A DNA stretch of 64,000 nucleotides, from NCBI RefSeq assembly GCF_009914755.1, contig NC_060928.1. One strand, 5' to 3'. Of the stretch, positions 39,476-57,949 are shown piece by piece. The stretch comes from the human T2T-CHM13v2.0 reference genome, Homo sapiens. The translations under genes and the position numbers were made by a program. Numbering within the stretch: position 1 is the first letter of the stretch; every line of letters starts with the position of its first letter. The notes under the pieces are model-generated. The model saw only the letters and a list, made by a program, of their open reading frames with translations, ran no database searches and was not told where the DNA came from.

Positions 39476-40614
39476 CTACTATTAATAGAGGGGAGAAAAG
39501 TGAAGAAAGTGCTTCAAGAAGAGTGTGTATGTGTGAGCACACGTGCGTGTGGGTATGGACAATAATCCAGGATGTCGAAGCTGTAAATACATAAAATAGG
39601 GCCTTTAAAACTTACCGACATGAAGGTCTATAGTGACCATGAAAAGAATTGTAATGGAGTGGTAGAGGAAAAAGTCTGGTTGAAGTAGATTAAGGGAGAA
39701 TAAAGGAGAGGAACTAGAATTGTAAACAGAGAACACTTTTGAAGAATTCTGATATAAAGAGGACTTTTAGAAATGGGGTGATAGCTAAAGAACAGGGACA
39801 GAAAAAAAAAGAGAAGCAGCCACATTAAGGACTTGGGAAAGAGGGAAGGGGAAGAGTACGATGGAAAAGAAAGAGCTTGGCATGTTTTAAGAAGTGAAAG
39901 GTGAGAAGTAGTTCTAGTGAACTAGTTAGAAGGAAATGGATACAATGAGCAGGCAACACATAAACCAAGAGAGAGGAGAGACTTGAATCATTAAAAGAAC
40001 TTTGGACTTTTATTCTAGTTGCAATGAAAACCAATTAGGTTTTAAAATGAGACAGTGATGTGATATACTTTGGTTTTCTAATCAGCATAAAATATTTTCA
40101 AGTCTCTTTTTACACAAGGTTACAATGACTCTACATCCCCACCAAGTAATACCATCTTACCTCTCTGTTCTGCTTCGCAGTTCAGCTTCTTGAAAAGGTT
40201 CTAAACTCTCTTTTTAAATTTCCTCTCCTATTCACTTCCTAATTCTTGGATTCTATTTCTGTCTCTAGCACTCTAATGACACTGCTTTTACCAAGCTCAC
40301 ATTGCCTCTTCTCTGACGAATCCAGTGTATATTTTTTAGCTTTGAATATGTTACCTCTCTTCCTGAAGTGCTTTCTTCTTTCTTTGGAACCCATACTACA
40401 GTCTCCTAATTTTATCTCTGTCTGTTCCTCATTTTCTTTGCAAAGGTCTTCCTCTGATGAACTCTTTGAACAGTTTCACATAAAGCCCCTATAAGTCTGT
40501 CTCCTAGTATCTTTTAAATATCTCCTCTTTATTACCTTTCAGTAATTTAGTTAAGGTCATCATTAACTTCTGCCTAGATTAGTGCAATAGCCTCTAAAAA
40601 CTGGTTTCAAGGAT

Positions 40615-41910
40615 ATCTACTTCTTACTAAGATGGTATAGAGTAATTAGAGTTATGCTGCTCCCTAAATAACCAAAACAACTGGACAAAATATGAGACAG
40701 CAGTTTCAAGACATTGTACAACAGGTAATAAAGAACATGGGTCCCTGAGAGAGGGAAAAAACAAAAACAAAAACAAATGAGATGATCCCTATGATTGCCC
40801 AGCCTTTAGAGTTTTCAGGCTATAGCTAATGGGTCTACCACACTCCCTGAGTTCAGGAGGTAGAGCTGGGATTCCTGGAAGACCAAAGCAACTAGAAAGA
40901 GAATTCCAGAGACCTGCAGATGGTAGCCCTGAGTATGAGCAGAGCAAATATATGAGAAAACTACCCAAGTTAGGAAAAAAAGCACCCAAAAAGATTACAG
41001 AGAACACAAGACATGAAATAGTGTCTATTCCTACCAGCCAAACTGGAAAACCTCATCATTCCTTCTGTAGAGCACTCAGAAGCATCTTATCTCCTAAATG
41101 GGTATAATTAGCATTAGACTAAACATGGCTCTGATCTCACCTCACAAATATTAAAAATAAGACATGAATGAATCAAACTGAGTCCAAGTATTATAACTTA
41201 ACTGCATTCTAGAATAAATCTCCAGAATAATTACAAAAATAAAAAAATACCTAGCACCCAACAAGGTAAAATGCAAAATGTCTGACATCCAATTAAAAAC
41301 AACCAAGCCTGCAAAGAAGCAGAAGAATACAACCTGTAACAAGGAGAAAAGGCAATCAATAAAATGGACCCAATAAAATTCTAACATTTGACACAGATGT
41401 CAGAATAAGTAAAGACATTAATAAAATTTTCACAACTGTATTCCATATGATCAAAAAAGTTAAGTAGAGACATGGCAGATAGAAAAACAACTCCTTAAAC
41501 TTCTGGAGGTGAAAACTACAATATCTGAGATGAAAAGTACATTGAATAGAATTAATAGCAGATTGGGTATGGCAGGAAAAAAAGACTATCATCTATTAAA
41601 GATAGAGCAATAGAAACTATCCACAATGAAACACAACAAGAATCTAAAAAATTAAAGTAAAAAGAGCACCACTGAGGTATGAGACAGAAAGTAAAACTGG
41701 AGTCCCTAAAGGACAGAAGAAGGAAGAGGCATGGAAAAAATATTAGAAGAAATGATGGCTGAAAGTGTTCCAAATGTGACAACCATAAACCCAAAGACAC
41801 AAGAAGCTCAATGAATCCCAAGGACAGGAAGCATGAAGAAAACTATACCAAGGCACTTTACAATCATATTGCTCAAAACCAGTGATAAAGACAAATCATA
41901 AAAGCAGACA
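40615..41910 (+). mobile_element. Old L1 5' region/ORF1 remnant
   Basis: cccaaagacacaagaagctcaatgaatccca...atcatattgctcaaaaccagtgataaag resembles L1M ORF1. Confidence 0.55.
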
Positions 41911-42800
41911 GATAGTGTCCCCACCCAAATCTCATCTCAAATTATAACCCTGTGTTGAGGGAGGGAGGTGACTGGATCATGGGGGCTCTTCCAAGGCTGA
42001 TTTATGGTCTCTTATGTATTCCTGCAGTAGTCTATGATTATTCCTAGCACAGTATTTATCAACTACAATTATCTCTTTACTTGCCTGCCTTTCCACTAGA
42101 CCTTAAGCTCCTTAAGGGGAGGGACTACATTCTAAACATTATTATATTCCCATTGCTTAAGAGTGTATTACATATGGTAGGTACCCAATAAAGAACTGTT
42201 GAATAAATAAGCAAAATAAATGCTATCAAGTCTTTGGGCTTTTTTCCAATGCAAGAAAAAATTCTACAAAAACAGTCTGTGAAAAAAATTACTTAAAATC
42301 AGATTTGTTGATGGTCAGACTTGCCCTTCTAGAATGTAAGCTCCACAAGAGCACATATGTTTCTGTTTTGTTCCTATATCTCCAATTCCTAGAACAATGT
42401 AAGAAATATAGATTCTCAGTAATTATCACCGAATATATAAATCATTAAGTCAGATTTTCTCAATACTCTCGCTAAATGCCTAAGAGATGTTTCTGAGACA
42501 CTACCCTGGTTCTCATCAAGAATTATTCATAGTAACAGATTAATTTAACATGGTATACAGAGTTAAAGTAATGCAATTTAAATATGTATCATTAGTTCCC
42601 TCTCTCACACTATACACTTTTGTAATAAAAATCCTTGCTATTAAGGCTGATTAGTTTGATTAGTTTTCTCTGCTCTTCACATTTCACTGTGAGAGGGAGG
42701 CACTTCTATTCGCCCAAAAGGAAAATATATAGAATTCTTTCAGCTTCTCTCAATTCTTCTAAGTGTTCATTTTTTTCAGAGTGGTTAGTCTATAAGTTTA

Positions 42801-43257
<457 letters not shown>

Positions 43258-43523
43258 TTATTTTTTTAAATCTACCTTTAAAAATATTATATCCTCGTTA
43301 CTTTTTGGTTTTCATTAATTTGTTCCTTGTAAATTTTTTATTCCTATAAAATGTTAACAAAGCTTCCTTCATTATCAGCAATGACTAACCTTTAAATATT
43401 ATTAATTAGACAACATAGACAGGGGCCAATTCTCAATTATTTGTCATATTTTTAGATTACTGCTCACATAATTAACTATATCCTCTTCCTCTTTGGTACC
43501 TGATTTTTTGGTAATTTAAGTCA

Positions 43524-43577
43524 GAAAATTAGAGGAAAAAGTAGAAATTAGAGGAAAAAGTAGAAATTAGAGGAAAA
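43524..43577. repeat. 19-bp tandem repeat (agaaattagaggaaaaagt), about 2.8 copies
   Basis: Seen directly. Confidence 0.85.
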
Positions 43578-45081
43578 TTCATATACTCTCTTAATTATAA
43601 CTAGAAAAAGTTTTGATAGATGAAGTAATTCAAAATAGGCTGTGTTATTCTAAAACTGTCTTTATGTTTCATGTATATATATCCTTGTTAAGCCATAGTA
43701 CTAAATGTAATTGAGAAGTGGCTTTCCTCCCTAAACAAAGAGTGTAACAAAAATTAGTTCTGAGTCATTTGTACTACAAATGACATAAATGTTATCTCCT
43801 AATTAGCATTGTCAAAGCAATCCAGACTATCTAAAATTAAAAAACATACGAAAAGAAGAAATTAGCAGTTACGAAAGCTATGAAAGCAAAGGCATGTATA
43901 AGATTCAAAGAACAATTTTCTAAGTTTTAAGTAAGTGACATTTACCAACACAACACAGAAAGAAAACCGTTCAGTTATATGGATTACCTCGAATTTTGTA
44001 ATACTTAAAAAAAATTAAAAATTTGGTGGTCAGTTTCAAAGTAATATATGAAGCAATGAGACAAAGAACATTTTACCCAGTAAAGTAGTCAGGAATTAGC
44101 AGTCCTACAACCAGAGAGATGAACAGCTATTGAGATGTGAGACTGGGTACCAAGGAGGGACCACACAGTGGTATCTAAAGTTGGAGTAACAACGTGGCAC
44201 ACGCAAAGTCGTTATCAGAAAGAAAAAGTGACTAAGCCTACTTGAAGAACAATAGTTTCTTACATGAAGTTCTTGAGAATGATCAAGAAACTTATATTTT
44301 CCTACTGAGTTTTATTTTCAAAATCAACCCAAAGGCTATAAAAAAAAACAGCTAGTGTACCAATTTTGTCTGCAAATATTTACTGAAACTAAACAAATAA
44401 AAAGCACAGACATCCATTACCAGGAAAGGGGAAAATGAAGTTATTATGTTATCTGATTCAGTAGACTTTTCTCCTCCTGTCTGTTGAATTCTAGGCCGCA
44501 GCTCCACACTATGAGCCCACTTCTCTTAACCCCTGAACAGTCTTCACACTTCAGACAGATACCTGAAATATACTTCTAAGTTTAAGCTTTTTATTTGTCT
44601 ATGTTTCTTTGTTTTACTATCTGTAGGGCATGACAGAGATTCAGAAGCAGAAGGTAAAAGGAATAACTGATGAATTAACTAGTTCTACTGAGTCCTCTAA
44701 CATTTGCCATGTCACAAAATTTGAATAAATGTAAATATGTGTTGGACCTAATACCTAGAGCTACTTTAGCACCAAAGAGACATTATTCTTTTTAAAGTGA
44801 ACATTTGTTAATCATGAGGGTTGGGTAGAAAAATGTTTATAGTATTATTTTCAGTACATTTCTCTGTATATTTTATTTTTTCAATATTCTTTTAAAGTAA
44901 TATAAGAGTTATTGTGATATATTTTCATCTACCACGTGGTCCTAGATATAAAACTTATAAACAATGAGGCTCCAGTATTCTGAGTAAACTAAAATCCCTT
45001 AAAAAGTAATTTTTTTCCTTAGAAAAACCTGAAAGGGACATTAGGGATTAATGTGATTTCATTAAATTTAATTTCCTTTTA

Positions 45082-45258
<177 letters not shown>

Positions 45259-46469
45259 CTATAAAAAAGGATTTTATTAAATACATTAGGGATTTTATAT
45301 TTGTATGAAGAAATAAAATGGTACCTACCAGATCACTATTTATCCACTCTATCCACAAGTAGTTTTTTTCATTCCTGAATTATCTGTTGAGCAAGGCATT
45401 ATGATGCTACATGCTGGGGATACAGCAGTGACTAGAGAAAAAAATCTCTGGTCTCAGATGTACACATAGTCATGTCACATAGTCCTAAATAACCCGCTTT
45501 CATTGCATTATCAATGTTTCATGAAATGATCCTGAAAAACTGTCTTTTAAAGATTCAAGTGTAAGATTTTGTTAATCTTACACTTCTAAAAGAAATGCTT
45601 TTGTAATTCCTGCAGGTTTGGGTACAATCTTCTCAAAGTTCAAATATCAATTACTCAACATAAGAGCCCTCATAAAAATGCCAACATAAATGAGAATGGA
45701 AGGAGAAACAGATCCAGGTAATAAGATTTACTTCACTGAAAACATCATGTTGTATTAACATATGTGCTTGTTTTTATGTTGCCATTTAAACTCTAAACAA
45801 AGTAAGATTATGAAACCTGAATTAATACAAGGAAATGACATTTATGGGTATGACAATAGTAACACAGCAGGAAGTTTACTCCCTACTCCCTATTCCTAGT
45901 CTTCCTCAATCTAGGAAACAAGACTTTCTGGGGAGTATACATTTCAAACACAATATTTATTGAGTATCTTCTAAAAATACAGTAATAATACAATCTTAAT
46001 ATTTAGGCTTCTAGACCTTCACTTTACAACAATACAGGCATACCTCTGAGATATTACGCACTTGGTTCCAGACCACTGCAATAACGGTAATATTGCAATA
46101 AAGTGAGTCACACAAATTCTGGGGTTTCTCAGAGCATACAAAATTTATGTTTACACGATTCTGTAGCCTATTAAGTGTGCAACAGCATTATGTCTAAAAA
46201 ACAATGTACACACCTTAATAAACACCTCATTCCTAAAAAAAAAAAAAAAAAAAAAAAGCTAATGGTTCTTCTGAGCCTTCAATGAATTGTAATTATTTTG
46301 CTGGTGGAGGGTCTTGCCTTGATACTGATGGCTACTGACTGATCAGGGTGGTGACTCCTGGATGTTGGGGTGGCTATGACAATTTCTTAAAATAAGACAA
46401 AAATGAAGTTTGCTGCATCCATTGACTCTTTCATGAAAATATTCTTTTGATTTTGTAAAAATATTTTTA

Positions 46470-46605
46470 AAATTCTTTATTATTTAAATAAAGATGAGGT
46501 CCACTATATTGCCTAGGCTGGTCTTGAACTTCTGGCTTCAATGACTGTCCTGACTCAGTCTCCCAAAGTGCTGGGATTACAAGTGTAAGCCACTGTGCCC
46601 AGCCC
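46470..46605 (-). mobile_element. Alu monomer in Tigger1
   Basis: Antisense left arm; atgaaaatatt duplication flanks the insert. Confidence 0.85.
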
Positions 46606-47332
46606 ATGAAAATATTTATCTGCAGCATGTGATGCTGTTGCATTTTACCCACAGTAGAACTTCTTTCAAAACTGGAGTCAGTCATCTCAAACCCTGCTGT
46701 TGCTTTATCGACTAAGTTTACAAAATATTCTAAATCCCTTATCATTTCAACAATGTTCAAAACAGCTTCACCTTCGTAGACTCCACCTCAAGAAACCACT
46801 TTATTTGCTCCTCCATAAGAAGCAATTCCTCATCCATTCAAGTTTATCATGAGATTGCAGCAATTCAGTCATATCTTCAGGCTCCCCTTGCCATTCTACT
46901 TCTCTTGCTATTTCTACCACATCTACACTGACTTCCTCCACTGAAATCTTGAAGAATGGAGTCAACTTCTTCCAAACTCCTGTTAATGTTGACATTAACA
47001 TTAACATGACATTAACTCCATGAATCAAAAAAGTTCTGAATGGCATCTAGAATGATGAATGATGAATACTTTTTAGAAGGCTTTCAATTTACTTTGCCCA
47101 GATCCATTAGAGGAACCATTATCTATGGCTACAGCCTTAAAAAAATGTATTTCTTAAATAAGAAGACCTGAAAGTCAAAATGACTTCTTGATACATTGGC
47201 TGCAGAATGGATGTCGTGTTAGCAGGCATGAAAACAACATGAATCTCTTTGTATAATACATCTCCATCAGAGCTCTTGGGTAACTAGGTGCATTGTCAAT
47301 GAGTAGTAATATTTGGAAATAATTTTTTTTTT

Positions 47333-47884
47333 CTAACCAGTAGGTCTCAACAGTGGGCTTAAAATATTTACAGCAAACCGTGCTGTTAACAGATGTGCAG
47401 TCATCCAGGCTTTATTGTTCCATTTATAGAACACAAATAGAATAGATTTAGCATAATTCTTAAGGGTCCTAGGAGTTTCAGAATGGCAAATGAGCACTGG
47501 CTTCAACTTAAAGTCACCAGCTGCATTAGCTCCCAACAAGAGAGTCAGCCAGTCTTTTGAAGCTTTGAAGCCAGCTATTGACTTCTCTTTAGCTTTGAAG
47601 CCAGGTATTGACTTCTCTTTAGTTATGAGAGTCCTAGATGGCATCTTCTTCCAATAGAAGGCTGTTTTATCTACACTGAAAATCTGTTGTTTAGTATTAC
47701 CACCTTTATCAATGATCTTAGCTATATCTCCTGGATAATGTACTGCAGTTTCTCCATCAGCACTTACTGCTTTACCTTGCACTTTCATGTTATGGAGGTG
47801 GCTTCTTTCCTTAAACCTTATGAACCAATCTCTGCTAGCCAACAATTTTTCTTCTGTAGCTTCCTTATCTCTCCTAGTCTTCAC
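47333..47884 (-). pseudogene. Tigger1 transposase fragment (DDE-family region)
   Basis: [67 protein letters not shown]. Confidence 0.88.
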
Positions 47885-48014
47885 GGAATTGAGGAGAGTT
47901 AGGGCCTTGCTCTGGATTAGGCTTTGGCCAAAGAGAATGTTGCGGCTGGTTTGATCTTCTATCTAGACCACTAAAGCTTTCTCCATATCAGCAAGAAGGC
48001 TGTTTTGCTTTCTT

Positions 48015-48323
48015 TCTTTCTTTTTTTTCTAAGAGATGGGGTCTTGCTCTGTCACCCAGGCTGGAGTGCAGATCCAGGCACAATAATAGCTCACTGCAAC
48101 CTTGAAATCCTAGGCTCAAATGATCATTCTGCCTTAGCTTCTCAATGTGGTTGGGACTATAGGTGTGTGCCACCACATCCAGCTAATTTTTCTTTCTTTC
48201 TTTCTTTCTTTTTTTTTTTTTAGAGACAGGTTCTCACTATGTCATCCATGCTAGTCTCAAACTTCTGGCCTCAAGCAATTCTCGTGCCTCAGTCTCCCGA
48301 GTTGCTGAGACTACAGGCACCTG
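48015..48323 (-). mobile_element. AluJ-like in Tigger1
   Basis: Antisense dimer; ggctgttt(t/c)gctttct duplication. Confidence 0.87.
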
Positions 48324-48365
48324 GCTGTTTCGCTTTCTTATCATGTGTGTTCACTGGAGTAGAAC

Positions 48366-48661
48366 TTTTTTTTTTTCTGAGATGGAGTCTTGTACTGTCG
48401 CCCAGGCTGGAGTGCAATGGGGTGCAATGGCTCAGTGAAACCTCCGCCTCCCTCCTGGATTTACATGATTCTCCTGCCTCAGCCTCCTGAGTAGCTGGGA
48501 TTACAGGCACACACCACCACGCTCAGCTAATTTTTTGTATTTTTAGTAGAGATGGGGTTCACTATGTTAGCCAGGCTGGTCTCAAACTCCTGATCTCATG
48601 ATCCACCTGCCTCGGCCTCCCAACATGCTGGGATTACAGGCGTGAGCCACTGCACCTGGTC
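48366..48661 (-). mobile_element. AluS-like in Tigger1
   Basis: Antisense dimer; tgg(a/g)gtag(a/c)actttt duplication. Confidence 0.9.
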
Positions 48662-49311
48662 TGGGGTAGCACTTTTAATTTCCTTCAGGAACTTTTCCTT
48701 TGCATTCACAACTTGGATAACTGGCGCAAGAGGCTTAATTCTGTGCCTATCTCAGCTTTCAATATGCCTTCATCACCAAGCTTAATCTTGATTTCAGGTG
48801 ACAGACATGCAACTCTTTTACTTGAATACTTAAGAGGCCACTGTAAGTCATTAAGTGGCCTAATTTCAATATTATTTTGTCTTAGGGAATAAGATCTGAG
48901 GAGTGAGACAGGGGAACTACCAGTCAGTGGAGCAATTAGAACACACACATTCATCAATTAAATTTCCCATCTTATATGGGTGAAGTCTGTGGTGCCTCAG
49001 AACAATTACAACAGTAATATCAAAGATATAATGACAATAATGAAAAAGTTTGAAATATGGCAAGAATTACAAAAATGTGACACAAAGACACAAAATGAGC
49101 AAAAGCTGTTGGGAAAATGACACTGATAGACTTGCTTGATGCAGGGTTGCCACAAACCTTCAATTTGTAAAAAATGCAGTATTTATGAAGCACAATAAAA
49201 CAAAGTATGCCTGTATTTATTTTGTTCAAAAAAGGATGGAAACATTGCTTTAGTCCCATAGTTCAGTATTATTGAAAAAGTATACTGATATTTAAGATGT
49301 TACTACAAATA

Positions 49312-49639
<328 letters not shown>

Positions 49640-49907
49640 CTAGAGCTCACCTAACAGTATTATCACCTTGAAAGATTATATCTAAATATTTTGAAACTTT
49701 GTTTGTTTTAATTACTATAGAATATAAATTCAAATAAGGTTTCATACACTGAGAGAATAAAAACAAGCTCCAAAGTTGTTCTGAATAGTAGCAGTATTTT
49801 TAGAACAAATATGTTATTTCTCTAGATGATTACTTAAAAGAAATATACTTTGAATGAACACATTCTGCTATTTTTATTTAAATCAGTAATCACTTCTCTA
49901 CCACATA

Positions 49908-50074
49908 CTAGGATTACAGGTATGTGCCACCATGCCCAGCAAATTTTTGTATTTTTAGTAGAAATGGGATTTCACATGTTGGCCAGGCTGGTCTCGAACT
50001 CCTGACCCCGTGATCTGCCTGCCTTGGCCTCCCAGACTGCTGGGATTACAGGCGTGAGCCACCGCGTTTGGCCT
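49908..50074 (-). mobile_element. Partial Alu
   Basis: Antisense left arm and part of the right arm. Confidence 0.88.
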
Positions 50075-50519
50075 GCTATTTCGATACATCAATCTGACAC
50101 GATTTCTGTGAGAAGACAAATCCACAATATTTGACAAAAATTATCAATAAATTAAAATACATATTAATACCTATTAAGGCCAAGCACAGTTCTAGATAAT
50201 GATATCCAAAATGAATTAGACACAATATTTTCTCTGAGGGGACTGTAAATTAGAAAAGAAAAAAGAACACATAAATCAATCAGTATGTTACAGAGAAAAA
50301 AATAAAGAGATAAGTACTAAACGATCTGGGGAAGAATGAAACAAAAAATATAGAAAGAACTAACTCTGTAAAGCCAAGAGGGGCACCAGTGAGAACAGCC
50401 TTCGCAGAGCAGCCAATGGTCAGCCATTCATTGTTCGGGAAGGCCATAAAACACAGATAAAGTAGGACAGTTGTACATTCAAATCCCAAAACACTCACCA
50501 GTCCTGTGATTTTTCATTG

Positions 50520-50655
50520 TTTTTATCCTCTCTGAACCTCACAGTTTTTCTCTAAAATAGAAATGCTGTACTCTTTGCCTCTCTGCTATAGGGATTGCAT
50601 GAGATAATTTACGTAAAGTACACATCTGTGTACCTAATAAATAGTAGCAATTGTT
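50520..50655. mobile_element. MIR fragment
   Basis: cctctctgaacctcacagtttttctctaaaatag...gggattgcatgagataatttacgtaaagt resembles the MIR core. Confidence 0.6.
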
Positions 50656-51463
50656 ATTTATTTGGTTTCCATTAAATAAGGTTATTTGGCTTAAACACTA
50701 CAAGTCTGGTTTTAGTTCCTGATGAAATGTATTAAGTTTCAGAATGCAAGTTTCTCATCTTTAGAATGCAGACTAAAAACAAAAACCTCCTATCTTAACC
50801 ATGATCAGAAATTAAAATTTGAGCATTGTGAGAGACAAATTTATTGGCACTTTTATAATAATGATCTTCAGCAGCCTTCAGTAAATGCTTATGTTCTATA
50901 ATCAAATGCATACTGATCTCTCCTCTGAGTCAACTAAACCAAACAGATTAGAAGAACCTAAACAGACAAATTCAGACATGGAATCTAAATAAATGAACAA
51001 AGACAGATTACTAACTCTTACAATAACTTAAGAAGACAACTAAGTTACTGAAAATTTATGGGTGGTTCAGGATGACTACTGAAATGTGGCAACATCATTA
51101 TAAGCTAATGTCATACACTTAAGTAACTTATTAGTACAGTTGAATTGGGCCTTCTGTATAAATATCATGGTGTATTATTTATAATCAGAACCTTAAAGCT
51201 TTTCAATATTAACTACATCTTGAGATAAAAGATGATAATGTACTTCTAATTATTGAAAGATAAACCATTACACTAAGCCTTTTATACGGAAAGTTGAGCA
51301 AATATGACATATCACAAAAATTAACTAAGCCAGGAAAACAATATAAAGTTTCATATAAGAGAAAAATATAAAAATTTGGAACAAAGAATGACCCAATTTT
51401 ATTATACAATTGATCACCCAGCTAAATCTATAATATATATTTCATTCTAAACATACTTTTTCA

Positions 51464-51795
51464 CTGGGTGCAATGGCTCACACCTATAATCCCAGCACTC
51501 AGGAGGCTGAGGCAGGAGGAGCACTTGAGCCCAGGAGTTTGAGACCCAGTTAATTTTCTTTTTTCTTGTAGAAATGGAGTCTCACCAGACCAGTGAGACT
51601 CCATTTGTACAACAAATAAGAACATTAGCTTATGTATGGTGACGTGTGCTAAGGGTCCCAGCTATAGACAGGCTGAGGCAGGAGGATCCCTTGAGCCCAG
51701 CAGGTCGAAATTGCAGAGAGCCATGTTCACACCACGGCACTCCAGCCTGAGTGACAGAGCAAGACCCTGTTTCAAAACAAAACAAAACAAAACAA
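51464..51795 (+). mobile_element. AluJ-like with internal inverted duplication
   Basis: Alu arms with (AAAAC)n tail; hairpin at 51548-51630. Confidence 0.85.
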
Positions 51796-52887
51796 AGCAC
51801 AGTTTTCAAAGTTTAACCACAGTTTTAAATATAAAAATGTGCAAAAAAAAAGATAAAACATTGACCTGAAAGTTTCATAATTCAGGTTTAAAAGAAATGC
51901 TTTAGAAGCTTTTTTTTTCTTAGCCATTTTTCTCACAAGGTTCATAAATTTAAGGCTTTTCAACATTGCTTTTATTGTCACAAAAGGTTTTCAATTATCG
52001 CTGTAAAACTGTTTCTACTTCACGTGTCAATTTTGCCATGTGCTGAAAAATTAAGCAGCAGTGCCACCAAATGACGAAACTCAAAATTTCACCAAATAGT
52101 GAGGCGAGGCTTACAAACACATGAAACCACCAGTCTGCCTACTCTTGATGTCTGCCTACTCTTGATCAATAACAAACATATTTTCATCTTTATGCTGACT
52201 TATTAGTAAGGATTTAATGTATGCTAGGAAAGTATTAAATGACTTAGTTTCATATTTTGAATAGAGTAATTTCACACAGTTTTATACAGCCTAAAGATAT
52301 ATCATGGCCAAATCTTATCAAATTCATATTTAATGTCTCAAAACCTTATCTTTGAAGAACCAATAGTATAAAAGTATTTGTATTTGAATAAATTTTCTTA
52401 ACTAGTATTGCCATAATGCTTTTATAAGAATATCTAAGAATAAGAACAAGGTAGCCAGAAGCAATGAGTGTGTACACCCTGTGGGGAGCCTTACAGGCGT
52501 GCATGGAAAGTCTAAAAATAAGACAAAGATGGAAACAGAAATACACAAGAATTTACATTCAAAATATTTTATCCAACCTAACCAAGACAGAATCTCCCTA
52601 ATTCTATTTTTCACTGAATTTTAATTCTTAAAACATTGCTACCCTTTTAAAAAACTGAATCGATCTTCCTTACATACTTCATTCACAATATAGCATACGT
52701 GATGGCTGAAAACCTAACACTATATTACTTGGCCCTCCCAAAAAAAGGACCCATCATCACATATTGTTCTCCATATCTAAATCCCAATTGGTACTACAAT
52801 TTTTATCATTAAATATGTCAAAGAGAAAATTTTATAAAATTAGGTATATACTGCCAAAGAATCACAATAGTTAAGGCAGTGATTTTT

Positions 52888-54300
<1,413 letters not shown>

Positions 54301-55054
54301 GGCAGTGATTTTTATCCTTTGTTAGATTGAAAATATTATACTTTTGAGAATCCAAGGAAATATACGTGGTTTTACTGAAGAAAATGCACCAACATACATA
54401 CTGCCAAACTTTACATTAATATTTTAGGGGGCTTAATAATGCTAGCTTCAATTCTGAATTCCATGTTAACCACTCCTGAGTAACGGTCAATGAGTAAAGA
54501 TAGATATATGAACACTACCCCCCAATATAACATCTAGATTATGCTATATTAGACTTTCTATTGAAATAATAGTTAAATAACTTTAATCAATTTTTTTTTG
54601 TATATTAAGCTGGATCTAAATACTTACATTATGGATACTATTTTTCTATACAATTTAGATAGAGCAACATTAGAGAATATGCCCTTCATCTAGACGAGGA
54701 AATAAAGGCCACAAACATTAAGTCAATCTTCAAACAAGCTAATTAATTGGCAAGGCTGAGACCAAAATCAGGTATTCTGATTCCCAGTCTCATTTTTTTC
54801 CCACTATACCAGTGTGCATTAAATAAACAGATGTTTCCTGAACATTTCCTTATGCACAGCTCTGGAATATCATGAGACACAGAATTCCCAATGAATTTAT
54901 TTGTGTTACTATTCACCAGGTACCATGCTGAGCATTTTACGTGGTAAATCAGTTAAGATTCTTTGGTTGAAGGCAATAGAAACTAACTATAGAGGGGCGG
55001 AGGGAGGGAGGGAAGGAGGCAGCTAGGTAGCCAGGCAGCCAGGCAAGGAGGGTG

Positions 55055-57945
<2,891 letters not shown>

Positions 57946-57949
57946 AGAC

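Larger units (their letters stand above)
46035..49213 (-). mobile_element. Near full-length Tigger1 DNA transposon with three Alu insertions
   Basis: TA-flanked TIRs caggcatac.../...gtatgcctg; pogo/CENP-B-like transposase remnants (ORFs 47333..47884 and 46467..46760). Confidence 0.93.

Noticed and set aside
44421-44562. Possible 142-nt minus-strand exon (tttcag|GTA...CTG|gtaatg)
   Set aside because: Weak pyrimidine tract, in-frame stop at the fourth codon, and not needed for the NEK1 reading frame
52056-52080. CTCF-like motif gcagtgccaccaaatgacg
   Set aside because: Mismatches at core G positions; cannot be supported without ChIP data
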